The notes under the pieces were generated by a model. The model saw nothing but the letters and a program-made list of their open reading frames with translations, was not told the DNA's origin and did not search any database. A stretch of 64,000 nt of DNA from Longimicrobiales bacterium (lineage in GTDB: Bacteria > Gemmatimonadota > Gemmatimonadetes > Longimicrobiales > Gaopeijiaceae). The stretch spans positions 5,862-69,861 of the forward strand of contig DATIKQ010000033.1 in the NCBI GenBank assembly GCA_035477395.1, given 5' to 3'. A program made the translations under genes and the position numbers. Of the stretch, positions 1 to 10,091 are shown piece after piece. Position 1 is the stretch's first letter, and the number at the start of each line of letters is the position of its first letter.

Positions 1-36
1 AAGGTCCTTCCGCTCCCTCTGGCGGGAGGGAATCCG

Positions 37-624
37 GTGAGCGCCCGGGAGCGCATCCTCGCCCGCGTCCGGGGCGCTTTGGAGGAAAAGGAACGGGCGC
101 CCCACCCCGGCGCCTTCCGGGGGCCGCGCCCCGAGCCACTCGACGGAGACCCCGTGGAGGGGTTCTGCACGCTCTTCCGCCGCGCCGGCGGGGAAGTGGT
201 GCGCGTCGCCGACGAGCCCGCCGCCGTTGCATGGGTGGGCGACTTCTCCACCACCTTCGGATCGGTGGCGGTGGGCGCCACCCTGCCGCCGCCCCTGGTC
301 CCTGCGTCGCGGCCCTCCGCGCCGCCCGAGTCCGCCGAGCTCGGGATCTCCATGGCGCTGGGCGCCGTCGCCGAGACCGGATCGCTCCTTCTGGATTCCG
401 CGGACGGACGACGCACCCAACTCCTCCCCCCCACGCACCTCGTCGTCGTGCGGGCGCCCTCGATCCATCCCACGCTGGCCGGTGCGCTGGCCTCCGTGCG
501 CTCCACTCTCCCCGCGACGCTGGGCCTGCACTCGGGGCCCAGCAAGTCCGCCGACATCGGCCAGGTCCTGGTCCGGGGCGTGCACGGCCCCGGGCGCGTC
601 GTGGCCCTCGTCATCGAAGCCTAG
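37..624 (+). CDS. lutC: LutC/YkgG-family lactate-utilisation protein C (LUD domain)
   Basis: 195-aa ORF with a GTG start just downstream of GGGAGGG. The C-terminal HSGPSKSADIGQVLVRGVHGPGRVVALVIE matches the LUD-domain signature. lutA/lutB would lie upstream of the window. Confidence 0.8.
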   Translation: MSARERILARVRGALEEKERAPHPGAFRGPRPEPLDGDPVEGFCTLFRRAGGEVVRVADEPAAVAWVGDFSTTFGSVAVGATLPPPLVPASRPSAPPESAELGISMALGAVAETGSLLLDSADGRRTQLLPPTHLVVVRAPSIHPTLAGALASVRSTLPATLGLHSGPSKSADIGQVLVRGVHGPGRVVALVIEA

Positions 625-669
625 CCGCTCTTCCCATCCACCTCTGCGAATGCCTGCGAGCCCAAGAGA

Positions 670-1218
670 ATGCCTCCGTCCCCGGTCACCCTCGCCGTCC
701 TCCAGGCCCTGGAAGGCGCCGGCGTCACCCATGTGCTCGGCGTCCCCGACAACACCTCCGCCCCCCTCTTCGACGCGCTGCAGGGACACCCAGGGATCCG
801 CCTTGTGGCGGTGACCCGCGAGGGTGAGGCCTTCGCCATCGCGTCGGGGCTCTGGCTCGGCGGGGCCACGCCCCTCGTCGTGGTGCAGAACACCGGCTTC
901 CTCGAGTCCGGGGATGCGCTCCGCGGCACCGCCGTCCGCATGGGCGCGCCCCTGCCCTTCGTGGTCACAGGACGGGGCTATGCGAAGATGGAGGCCGCCG
1001 GGCTGGGCCCGGAGACGCCGCGGACCCCAGAGCTCCTCACCCGCGCCGACCTGGATTCGGTGGCGTTCATGACCGAGCCCACGCTGCATGCGTGGGGTAT
1101 CCCCTACGAGACGTGCAGGCGCGGTGACGACCCCGGGGCGGCTCTCGCCCGCCTTGTCGCCGAAGCCCGTTCGGGGGACCACCCCCGCGCCCTCCTCCTC
1201 ACCGCGGAGCTCGCCTGA
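670..1218 (+). CDS. TPP-dependent decarboxylase, small alpha (PYR-domain) subunit; sulfopyruvate/phosphonopyruvate decarboxylase ComD-like
   Basis: 182 aa. TPP-enzyme N-terminal pattern VTHVLGVPDNTSAPLFDAL...VTREGEAFAIASG...VVVQNTG. Split architecture, with the partner ORF 2 nt downstream. Confidence 0.7.
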   Translation: MPPSPVTLAVLQALEGAGVTHVLGVPDNTSAPLFDALQGHPGIRLVAVTREGEAFAIASGLWLGGATPLVVVQNTGFLESGDALRGTAVRMGAPLPFVVTGRGYAKMEAAGLGPETPRTPELLTRADLDSVAFMTEPTLHAWGIPYETCRRGDDPGAALARLVAEARSGDHPRALLLTAELA

Positions 1219-1220
1219 CC

Positions 1221-1814
1221 ATGCTCACCCGCGCACAGCTCCTCGAGCCCCTGGCCGCCCACCGCACCGACGAGGTGGTGGTCACCACGATGAGCGTCAC
1301 CCGCCCCTGGGGCCGGCTCTCCAGCCACGACCTGGACTTCGCCTCCGCCGACTCGGCCATGGGTCACACCGCGGACCTGGCCCTCGGCATCGCTCTGGCC
1401 CGGCCCGACCGCCGCGTCGTATGCCTCAACGGCGACGGAAGCATGCTCATGACCCTGGGCACGCTCGCCACCGTGGTGGGTTCCGGCGTCACGAACTACC
1501 TCCTCGTGGTCGTGGTGAACGGTTCGTACGAGATCACCGGCCACCAGCCCATCCCCGGGAAGGGGAAGGTGGACTTCGGCGCGCTCGCCAGGGGAGCCGG
1601 ATTCCCGCGGGTGTTCGGCTTCGATGATCCCGCGGCCTGGGCCCAGGCGGTCCCCGACCTCCTGAGCTCCCCCGGGCCCACGTTCGCCCACGTCCTCGTG
1701 GAGCCCACCGCCGAGGGGCCCATCTCCCGCCGGGCCGCCGAGGAGGCGCGGTACCTGAAGGTGAGCCTGGCCGATTGGTCCCGCACCATGCGTGCGGCGC
1801 TGGTGGGCGCTTAA
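1221..1814 (+). CDS. TPP-dependent decarboxylase, beta (TPP-binding) subunit; ComE-like
   Basis: 197 aa. Thiamine-diphosphate binding motif LNGDGSMLMTLGTLATV...VVVVNGSYE (GDG...N). Confidence 0.7.
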   Translation: MLTRAQLLEPLAAHRTDEVVVTTMSVTRPWGRLSSHDLDFASADSAMGHTADLALGIALARPDRRVVCLNGDGSMLMTLGTLATVVGSGVTNYLLVVVVNGSYEITGHQPIPGKGKVDFGALARGAGFPRVFGFDDPAAWAQAVPDLLSSPGPTFAHVLVEPTAEGPISRRAAEEARYLKVSLADWSRTMRAALVGA

Positions 1815-1904
1815 CGCTCCGCATGTCAGGCGCATCCATTCCTCAGAGCCGGGTGGATGGACCTCCCGGTGGAGCACGGTGGACACGAGACAAGGAGCAC
1901 GACG

Positions 1905-2564
1905 ATGAAGCGGACGATGGGTGGCGCGGCTCTGCTTGCCGCACTGGTGGCCCTCGCCCCGGCGCAGTTGGACGCACAGATGGGCCCGCGCGGTCAGCGC
2001 GCCATGGGTCCCGCACTCCGGGGGGGCGGGGTTGAGATGATCCTCAACCAGAAGGAGCGTCTCGAGCTCACCGATGCCCAGGTGAAGCAGCTCGACCAGA
2101 TCCGCCAGGAGGCGGTGCAGCGCCGGACGGAGCACCAGGCCCAGATGGCCGAGCTCAGGTCGAAGGTGCGCTCGGGGCAGGAGAAGCCCGAGGCGCTCCG
2201 CGAGCAGGTGGAGGCCCGGCGCCAGGTCGCCGCGGCCATGCAGGAGGCACAGCGGGAGCGCGTCGAGGGCATCCTCAACGACGCCCAGAAGGAGAAGGTG
2301 CAGGACTGGGCCCAACAGGGCCGCGCGTTCCGGATGGGGCGGCAGAGCGCCCTTCGCGGCGGTGCAGGCTTCGGTCCCGGCGCGTGGGCCGGTCCCGGGC
2401 GCCAGCCCGCCATGCGCGGCGGCTTCGGCCAGGGAATGCAACGCATGCACCAGCAGTGGGGCCCCGGGGCTGTGGGCCCCAGGGGCGGCCGGGCAATGAT
2501 GCGCCGCGGTCCCGGCGGGGGCTGGGGTTTCGGAGCCCCGGCGGATTCCATCCCCCCGAAGTGA
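1905..2564 (+). CDS. Periplasmic Spy/CpxP-like (LTxxQ-motif) protein with Gly/Met/Arg-rich tail
   Basis: ATG 1905 lies 7 nt after AAGGAG. Signal peptide MKRTMGGAALLAALVALAPAQL. LTxxQ-like repeats LELTDAQVKQLDQI and ILNDAQKEKVQDW. Confidence 0.6.
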   Translation: MKRTMGGAALLAALVALAPAQLDAQMGPRGQRAMGPALRGGGVEMILNQKERLELTDAQVKQLDQIRQEAVQRRTEHQAQMAELRSKVRSGQEKPEALREQVEARRQVAAAMQEAQRERVEGILNDAQKEKVQDWAQQGRAFRMGRQSALRGGAGFGPGAWAGPGRQPAMRGGFGQGMQRMHQQWGPGAVGPRGGRAMMRRGPGGGWGFGAPADSIPPK

Positions 2565-2622
2565 CCCGCATCGGATAGACGACGGGCACCGCGAACCCCC
2601 CAACCCCTCCTCGCGGGCGCCC

Positions 2623-2654
2623 CGGCCCCGTCCGGCTTCGGCCGGGCGGGGCCG
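2623..2654. terminator. GC-rich hairpin between convergent genes (bidirectional terminator candidate)
   Basis: cggccccgtccggc / ttcg / gccgggcggggccg gives a 14-bp stem (one G-U) with a tetraloop, followed by cttgctt. Confidence 0.6.
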
Positions 2655-2675
2655 CTTGCTTGGCCCACCGCGCGC

Positions 2676-4589
2676 TCAGCCGCCTCCCGGGACCTGCCCT
2701 CTGAGCCAGGCCCTCAGGTCGCCCACGTCGTAGCGCCCATTCCGGTTCCCCACGTCGTCCAGGTAGCGGGCCTCCACCGAGGTCAGGGCCGATGCCCGGG
2801 AGCGGAGGAACGCCTGGAGGAGCCTCTCGTCCGCCACGACCCACCCGGTGGTGGCCAGCGTCGCCCCCACCTCCGGCGCCGCGGCGCCGCGGGCGTCGGT
2901 GACCCGGAGCACGAGGTCGAAGGGTCCGGTTTGGGTCAACGTCCCCGACAGCACGAGCTCGTCCCCCTCCGCCACCACGCTCGTGCCAGAGGGTACCGAG
3001 CCCGACGCCATGTAGGGCATGACGCCTCCGGCGATCCGGAGGCGCCTCTCGAAGGGCGCCACCAGCGAGACCGAGAGCGACTCCGCCGGGGCCATGATCC
3101 GGGGCGAGGCCCCGGTGGAGAGTCGGAGCACGGCCTTGCCGCCGTTCACGGTGATCTCGTGGAAGGTCACCGAGGTGGCGGCACCCGTAGCGTGGAGGTA
3201 GAGCGCCGGCCGGGTCCCGAAGTGGAGCTTCTGGACGCTCCCTCCCACGCCCCACGCGTCCCCCGCCTCCCCGCGGTTGCCACCCTCCAGGGCGTTGCGC
3301 TGGAGGCCCCGGTTGTCGTCCTGCTCCAGCAGGGACAGTAAGTAGGGCGCGCCCGAGCCAGGGGCGGGACGGAACTCGCCCGACTCGTCCAGATGGTAGA
3401 CCAGGACTCCCTCGGCGGGGAGCTCGGCGTCGAAGCCGGCTCGGGTGCGGTACTCGACCAGGAGCGCCTCCCGCCCCGGGGCATCCAGGGGAATGCGCAG
3501 CGCTTTGCCGGACACCTGCACCGGATCCAGAACCACCTCCTGATCCCACACTTCGCCCACGGTGACGTAGTCCAGCCACCCGAGCACATGCTTGGATCGG
3601 GCGCTCAGGTGGGTGGGCCCGAACGGGGCACGCGAGGCCGGGACCGGCCCGCATCCCCACGAACCCGCAGCCATGAGCTCCCAGCACCCGATCACCCAGC
3701 GGCGCACCTCGGCGCCGCCGACGGCCGTGGGGTGGTAGTAGTCGGGCAGACCCAGCACGTGTCCGAACTCGTGGGCGATGGTCCCCGCATCCATGGGGCT
3801 CACGCCACCGCAGTCCACCGCGCTCTGGACGATGTACCCATCCACCCGCACCCGCCCTCCCGAGGGGGTGCGGTCCTGGGACGAGAACGGCTGATCGTCG
3901 TTCTGCGGCGAGATGGCCCACAGGTGCGGCCAGATCCCGGGCCCCCCGCACGATGCCGCCACCTCGATGAACTGGAACGCGATGGCGTCCACGAGCCCGT
4001 CGTCGTCCCCGGAGTTCGGCATCCCGTCGGGGCCGTCGTTGTCGTAGGCTCCGAAATCCACCACCGGGTCCACCGCCGCCAGCGTCTCCAGCAGATATGC
4101 CCCCACGCGGGCGTCCGAGCCCAGCCCGGCGCTGTCGCCCACCACCACCGCCCGCGGGAGGGAGGTGCGCACCCACGGAAGCACGTCCCCGGTGACGCGG
4201 AACCTCCCCCGGGACATCTCCTGGTACGCCCCGGTGAGCGTCCCCCGGGGCGCCGGCCCGTCGAAGATGAGGCGCTGCATGTCGGCGCTGCTCACGTGGG
4301 GCGCGGGCGAGTCCGAGAAGAGCGCCGGCAGCACCAGCATCCTTTTGGTTCCCAGCGTGACGACGGTCTGCGGGCGTCCCTCCGGGCCCACGGTGAAGAG
4401 CCCGTTGGGGAGCGTGAAGGCCCGCGGGTCGGCGGAAACCCGCCGCTGATACGCCGCGGGAAGCACGGTGCCCCGGCCTTCGACGGGCGCCGCCACATGC
4501 TGCGCCGCCGACGCACCCGGTCCACCCAGCAGCGTCAGCGCTACCGCGGCCAGGCGCGCCGCAGCCCCGGTCCGTGGGCGCGACCTCAA
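2676..4589 (-). CDS. M6-family (immune inhibitor A-like) zinc metalloprotease, secreted
   Basis: HEFGHVLGLPDYY (HExxH). TTG 4589 is the only plausible start not overlapping the upstream gene, and it is followed by the signal-like RLAAVALTLLGGPGASAAQ. The C-terminus has a dockerin-like Ca motif YLDDVGNRNGRYDVGD. Confidence 0.75.
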   Translation of the reverse strand: MRSRPRTGAAARLAAVALTLLGGPGASAAQHVAAPVEGRGTVLPAAYQRRVSADPRAFTLPNGLFTVGPEGRPQTVVTLGTKRMLVLPALFSDSPAPHVSSADMQRLIFDGPAPRGTLTGAYQEMSRGRFRVTGDVLPWVRTSLPRAVVVGDSAGLGSDARVGAYLLETLAAVDPVVDFGAYDNDGPDGMPNSGDDDGLVDAIAFQFIEVAASCGGPGIWPHLWAISPQNDDQPFSSQDRTPSGGRVRVDGYIVQSAVDCGGVSPMDAGTIAHEFGHVLGLPDYYHPTAVGGAEVRRWVIGCWELMAAGSWGCGPVPASRAPFGPTHLSARSKHVLGWLDYVTVGEVWDQEVVLDPVQVSGKALRIPLDAPGREALLVEYRTRAGFDAELPAEGVLVYHLDESGEFRPAPGSGAPYLLSLLEQDDNRGLQRNALEGGNRGEAGDAWGVGGSVQKLHFGTRPALYLHATGAATSVTFHEITVNGGKAVLRLSTGASPRIMAPAESLSVSLVAPFERRLRIAGGVMPYMASGSVPSGTSVVAEGDELVLSGTLTQTGPFDLVLRVTDARGAAAPEVGATLATTGWVVADERLLQAFLRSRASALTSVEARYLDDVGNRNGRYDVGDLRAWLRGQVPGGG

Positions 4590-4999
4590 GGCCTGAGCTC
4601 CAGCCTGTAGCCCGCGAGGCCCCGGATCCGGTCGTCGGGGCCCGAGACCTCCACCAGGATGCCCGTGGGGGGCTTCGTCGTGTCCGCCACCTGGACGGTG
4701 AAACGGAGGCCCCCGCCCGCCAGGTTCACCACCACGACGTGGACCGTGTCTCCGTGGGCCTCCGCGAACACCCGCCCCTCGGAGGGGCCGACGGCGCCCA
4801 TCCCCATCCCCAGCAGGGTGACCAACGCCGCACCCTCGGCGCCGTTGGGCGAGACCACCGTCGCGGTGAGCGTCCCGGGTGCCGAGGCCGGCCCCTCGTC
4901 TCCGCACGTCCCAAGGGCCAGGGTCGCCGTCAGGCAGACGATGGCCCGGACACCCCTCGGCCTCGTCCGTCCTGGTCCGCGCACCGGGTCGCCTTCCAT
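4586..4999 (-). CDS. Small lipoprotein of unknown function
   Basis: 137 aa from ATG 4999. Lipobox LTATLALGTCG. Its stop TGA overlaps the TTG start of the M6 protease (TTGA). Confidence 0.6.
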   Translation of the reverse strand: MEGDPVRGPGRTRPRGVRAIVCLTATLALGTCGDEGPASAPGTLTATVVSPNGAEGAALVTLLGMGMGAVGPSEGRVFAEAHGDTVHVVVVNLAGGGLRFTVQVADTTKPPTGILVEVSGPDDRIRGLAGYRLELRP

Positions 5000-5007
5000 G
5001 CCCTCAT

Positions 5008-5943
5008 CTACGGGTGTCGGAGCGGGACCTTTCCGGGACCCAGCGCCACCGACATGGCCCGGTATCCTTCCTCCACGAAGTACTCGATGTGCTGGAGTTC
5101 GAATCCGCCGTAGCCGTCGAGGCGGGGCCGCACGTACAGGAGTGGCGGGCCCTGCCAGGCTTCCACCAGCTCCCGTCGGAGTCGGTGCGTCACGATCGAG
5201 AGGATGCGCTGGTGAACCGCCGGAATCCCCTGGCGCAGGATCTGCTCCGCATCCGCCTCCTCGCCGGAGCCGACGTCGATCCCCAGGATCCCGGTGGCGC
5301 CCTCCTCGACCGCCCGGAGGAGTCCCAGGGGTTGCTGGGTCCCCCCGTCCACGAAGAAGCGTCCGCCGATCTCGGCGGGGGGGTAGAGCACCGGGAGCGC
5401 GGCCGACGCGTACAGGGCCTCCCCCAGCGGCACGTCGGTGCGTGCTCCCGCCCCGAACCACTCGGTCCTCCCCGTGGCCAGGTCCACCGCGTTCACGAGC
5501 AGAGGGAGCCTCATGGCATCCCAACCGGACGCGGGGAGGATCCCTTCGAGGTAGTCCCTGAGCGTTTCGCCCCGGAAGACGCTGGTCTGCCGGATCCCGT
5601 TGACCAGAACCGCGCGGCGGTTGACGCGCGCGATGTCGGCGCGCCGGAGCGACCGGGCCAGGATCCGCATGTCCTTCCAGTCAGCCCCGGAGGCCGCCAT
5701 CGCCCCCACCAGCGCCCCGATGCTCGTGCCCACGATCCCCGCAACCCGCACGCCTGCTTCGCCCAGGGCCCTCCACACGCCGATGTGCGCCAACCCCTTC
5801 AGGGCACCCCCTCCGAGCACCAGCCAGGGGCGGTCGCCAAGGGACCCTACATCGGGGGTCGGGGTACCTGACGACCCTTCGTTTCGGTGGGGCTGGAGGC
5901 CCTCTGCCGGCTTCGTTCCTGGCCTGGGTTCCACTTGTTTCAA
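5008..5943 (-). CDS. Patatin-like phospholipase
   Basis: Oxyanion GGGALKG, nucleophile elbow GTSIG (GxSxG), and catalytic Asp motif FFVDGG. Confidence 0.85.
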   Translation of the reverse strand: MKQVEPRPGTKPAEGLQPHRNEGSSGTPTPDVGSLGDRPWLVLGGGALKGLAHIGVWRALGEAGVRVAGIVGTSIGALVGAMAASGADWKDMRILARSLRRADIARVNRRAVLVNGIRQTSVFRGETLRDYLEGILPASGWDAMRLPLLVNAVDLATGRTEWFGAGARTDVPLGEALYASAALPVLYPPAEIGGRFFVDGGTQQPLGLLRAVEEGATGILGIDVGSGEEADAEQILRQGIPAVHQRILSIVTHRLRRELVEAWQGPPLLYVRPRLDGYGGFELQHIEYFVEEGYRAMSVALGPGKVPLRHP

Positions 5944-5974
5944 GACGAGGGAAAGTCTAGGTTTTGAGATCGAG

Positions 5975-5988
5975 AATCATTCGTGATT
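5975..5988. promoter_or_regulatory. Candidate operator palindrome upstream of sufC
   Basis: AATCA-ttcg-TGATT sits inside the only AT-rich stretch (5950-5995) of the patatin/sufC divergent spacer. It partly resembles Fur-box half sites (AATCATT). Confidence 0.25.
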
Positions 5989-6024
5989 ACCGCCCGACGC
6001 CCTGATCCTACCCTCGAGGACCCG

Positions 6025-6819
<795 letters not shown>

Positions 6820-6828
6820 GGGGGCGAC

Positions 6829-8244
6829 ATGCCGCAGAACGAGACCATCCACGACCTCGGGCTGGACGAGTACAAGTTCAACTTCGTGACCGAAGGGAAG
6901 CCCGTCTTCGAGGCGAAGAAGGGGCTCAGCGAGGAAGTCGTCCGTCAGATCTCCGCCCACAAGGGCGAGCCCGAGTGGATGCTCGAGTTCCGCCTGAAGG
7001 CGCTCGATGTCTACGAATCCAAGCCCATGCCCACCTGGGGCGGCGACCTGAGCGGACTGGAAGCCGTGCTCGACGAGATCCACTTCTACGTGCGCCCCCA
7101 GGACCGCATGGGGCACACGTGGGACGAGATTCCCAAGGAGATCAAGGACACGTTCGAGAAGCTCGGCATCCCTGAGGCCGAGCGTAAGATCCTGGCGGGC
7201 GTCGGCGCCCAGTACGAGTCGGAGATGGTGTACCACTCCCTGAAGAAGGAGTGGGAGGAGAAGGGCGTCATCTTCGACTCCATCGAGGACGGGCTCCGGA
7301 AGCATCCCGACCTCTTCCGGGAGCACTTCTCCACCATCATCCCCACCCACGACAACAAGTTCGCCGCCATGAACTCGGCGGTGTGGTCGGGTGGGTCGTT
7401 CGTCTACATCCCGAAGAACGTGAAGCTAGACACGCCGCTCCAGGCCTACTTCCGCGTCAACCAGGAGCGGATGGGGCAGTTCGAGCGCACGCTCATCATC
7501 GTGGACGAGGGAGCCAACGCCCACTACATCGAGGGGTGCACGGCGCCGGTGTACAGCACCGAGTCGTTCCACTCGGGCGTGATCGAGATCGTGGTGAAGA
7601 AGAACGCCCGGTTCCGCTACACGACCATCCAGAACTGGTCGAACAACATGTACAACCTCGTCACCCAGCGGGCCGTCGTGCACGAGGGCGGGCACATGGA
7701 GTGGCTGGACGGGAACCTGGGCTCCAAGCTCACCATGAAGTACCCGTCCTGCTACCTGGTGGGCGAGGGCGCACACGGCGAGATCCTGTCCATCGCGTAC
7801 GCGGGCAATGGCCAGCACCAGGACACGGGCGGAAAGGTGGTGCACGTCGCCCCCCGCACCACGTCGTCCATCGTGTCCAAGTCCATCTCCAAGGGGACCG
7901 GGCGGGCGACGTACCGCGGCCTCCTGAAGGTGCACCAGGGTGCGCACCACGCCCGCTCCAACGTCGAGTGCGACGCGCTCCTCATCAACGACACGTCGCG
8001 CACCGACACCTACCCGTACATCGAGATCGAGGAGAACGACGCCAACGTCGGTCACGAGGCCTCGGTCTCCAAGATCGGTGAGGAGCAGCTCTTCTACCTG
8101 ACGAGCCGGGGCATCCGCGAGGACGAGGCCATGGCCATGATCGTCCGCGGGTTCATCGAGCCCATCGCCAAGGAGCTCCCACTGGAATACGCGGTCGAAC
8201 TCAACCGGCTCATCGAGCTGGAGATGGAAGGATCCGTCGGATGA
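6829..8244 (+). CDS. sufB: Fe-S cluster assembly scaffold SufB
   Basis: 471 aa. Typical SufB N-terminus ([10 protein letters not shown]...), C-terminal [21 protein letters not shown], and its position between sufC and sufD. Confidence 0.95.
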   Translation: MPQNETIHDLGLDEYKFNFVTEGKPVFEAKKGLSEEVVRQISAHKGEPEWMLEFRLKALDVYESKPMPTWGGDLSGLEAVLDEIHFYVRPQDRMGHTWDEIPKEIKDTFEKLGIPEAERKILAGVGAQYESEMVYHSLKKEWEEKGVIFDSIEDGLRKHPDLFREHFSTIIPTHDNKFAAMNSAVWSGGSFVYIPKNVKLDTPLQAYFRVNQERMGQFERTLIIVDEGANAHYIEGCTAPVYSTESFHSGVIEIVVKKNARFRYTTIQNWSNNMYNLVTQRAVVHEGGHMEWLDGNLGSKLTMKYPSCYLVGEGAHGEILSIAYAGNGQHQDTGGKVVHVAPRTTSSIVSKSISKGTGRATYRGLLKVHQGAHHARSNVECDALLINDTSRTDTYPYIEIEENDANVGHEASVSKIGEEQLFYLTSRGIREDEAMAMIVRGFIEPIAKELPLEYAVELNRLIELEMEGSVG

Positions 8245-9584
8245 CCACCACGACCGTGAAGGAAGGCGTCACCGGCGCCTTCACCGCCGCAGCCGTCGGG
8301 AGATTGGGCGCCGCCGAGCCGGCGTGGCTCCGCGAGCGCCGGGCCCACGCCTGGGACGTCTACGAGCGCACGCCCATGCCCACGACCCGGTCGGAGGAAT
8401 GGCGCTATACCGACCTGCGCCGGAAGCTGGACCTGAGTGCCCTCTCGTGCTGCACCACCCCGGCCGCTCGCGACGACTTCACCTCCTGGCCCCTGCGCCT
8501 GCGCGAGGCCATGGCCCAGGACCGGGAGGCCTCAGGACACCTGGTCATCATCGACGGCCGCGTGGTGCACGCCGACCTGGCGGCCGAGATGGCGACCAAG
8601 GGCGTCGTGCTCATGTCCCTCCACGAGGCCGTGGAGAAGCACGAGGCACTCGTGAGGAAGCACCTCGCGACGGAGGCCGTGCCCGCCGAGGAGGGGAAGT
8701 TCGCCGCCCTGAACGCGGCGCTCTGGAACGACGGGATCTTCCTCCACGTCCCCAAGGGGGTGCACCTCGACCAGCCGGTTCGGGTCACCCGCTGGTACAG
8801 CGAATCCGGCGTCGCCTACTTCTCGCGCACGCTCATCGTCGCAGAGACCGCCAGCCAGGTGTCGTTCGTGGACGAGGTCCTCTCCGACGACTTCGCCGCC
8901 CAGACCCTCACCTCCTCGGCGGTGGAGGTCTTCGCCATGGACGGCGCCAAGGTGCAGTACGTGGCCGTGCAGCGCCTGGGGCGGGGCGGGTTCTACCAGT
9001 CCGTGCAGCGCACGCTGGCCCAGCGTGACGCCACGCTGGACACGCTCAACGTCGCTTTGGGAGGGACCACCACCCGAGTGGACCTCAACGCCCGTCTCCT
9101 GGGGCCCGGCTCCAACTCCGACATGCTGGGCCTCTATTTCGGCGACGAGGACCAGCACTTCGACTTCAACACCAGCCAGGACCACGTGGCGCCCAACGCG
9201 GGGAGCGATCTCCTCTACAAGGGTGCGTTGGACGGACACAGCCGCGCCGCGTTCCGCGGGATCATCCGGGTGCACAAGGGCGCCCAGCGCACCGACGCCT
9301 ACCAGAAGATCCGCAACATCCTGCTCTCTCCCCATGCCCGCGCCGACTCGCTTCCCAACCTGGAGATCGAGGCCGACGACGTGAAGTGCTCCCACGGCGC
9401 CACGGTGGGCCAGCTCGACGCAGAGGCGAAGTTCTACCTCATGAGCCGCGGGATGAACCGCACGCAGGCCGAGCGTCTGGTCGTCCTCGGCTTCCTCGGT
9501 GAGGTTCTCTCCAGGCTCCCGCTGGGTGGCGTGTCCGAGAAGGTGACGCGGGTGATCCAGGAGAAGCTGAAGCACCATGTGTGA
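8241..9584 (+). CDS. sufD: Fe-S cluster assembly protein SufD
   Basis: 447 aa. ATGA overlap with sufB. SufBD-family C-terminal half ([23 protein letters not shown]). Confidence 0.9.
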   Translation: MTTTTVKEGVTGAFTAAAVGRLGAAEPAWLRERRAHAWDVYERTPMPTTRSEEWRYTDLRRKLDLSALSCCTTPAARDDFTSWPLRLREAMAQDREASGHLVIIDGRVVHADLAAEMATKGVVLMSLHEAVEKHEALVRKHLATEAVPAEEGKFAALNAALWNDGIFLHVPKGVHLDQPVRVTRWYSESGVAYFSRTLIVAETASQVSFVDEVLSDDFAAQTLTSSAVEVFAMDGAKVQYVAVQRLGRGGFYQSVQRTLAQRDATLDTLNVALGGTTTRVDLNARLLGPGSNSDMLGLYFGDEDQHFDFNTSQDHVAPNAGSDLLYKGALDGHSRAAFRGIIRVHKGAQRTDAYQKIRNILLSPHARADSLPNLEIEADDVKCSHGATVGQLDAEAKFYLMSRGMNRTQAERLVVLGFLGEVLSRLPLGGVSEKVTRVIQEKLKHHV

Positions 9585-9763
9585 GCTGGGCCCTCCAGGT
9601 AGGCCGCGGGGCTGGATGCGCCGCCCTTCGGGGGCCGCTCGCCTTTCGAGCACCTGGGTCGCTCCACCGCCTGAGGTACCGGCTCGCTTAGCGGCGGCGC
9701 GTCGTCCATGCCGCGCCGCCGATGCCCCCTGCGGGCGACACATCCCGCCCCACGGCCGATCCC

Positions 9764-10072
9764 ATGCCTGAGCTCACCAAGGTCGCCTCGCTCTCTCAGG
9801 TTCCCGCGGGCACGCTGAAGGGCGTGATGGCCAAGATGCAGCCGCTGGTGCTGGCGAACGTGGACGGCGACATCTACGCTCTCGAGGACCAGTGCTCCCA
9901 CCAGGAGTATCCCCTGGCCGATGGTGAGCTGGACGGCGGTGACGTGGTCTGTCTGCATCATGGGGCGCGCTTCGATGCGCGCTCCGGCAAGAACAAGGGC
10001 CTCCCTGCGGTGCGTCCGGTGAGGGTTTTCCCCGTCCAGATCCGCGACGGCGACATCTACGTGGAGCTGTGA
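9764..10072 (+). CDS. Rieske (2Fe-2S) ferredoxin-type protein embedded in the suf operon
   Basis: CSHQEYPL...CLHHGARF gives the CxH...CxxH Rieske ligands. About 102 aa from ATG 9764. Confidence 0.85.
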   Translation: MPELTKVASLSQVPAGTLKGVMAKMQPLVLANVDGDIYALEDQCSHQEYPLADGELDGGDVVCLHHGARFDARSGKNKGLPAVRPVRVFPVQIRDGDIYVEL

Positions 10073-10091
10073 GGTGACGAGAGGTGACGAC

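Noticed and set aside
1104-4176. Long minus-strand ORFs 1104-2603 (499 aa) and 2275-4176 (633 aa).
   Set aside because: They have Arg/Gly/Pro/Ala-dominated low-complexity translations. They overlap, in other frames or antisense, the well-supported TPP-decarboxylase, Spy-like and M6 protease genes. They are typical high-GC shadow ORFs.
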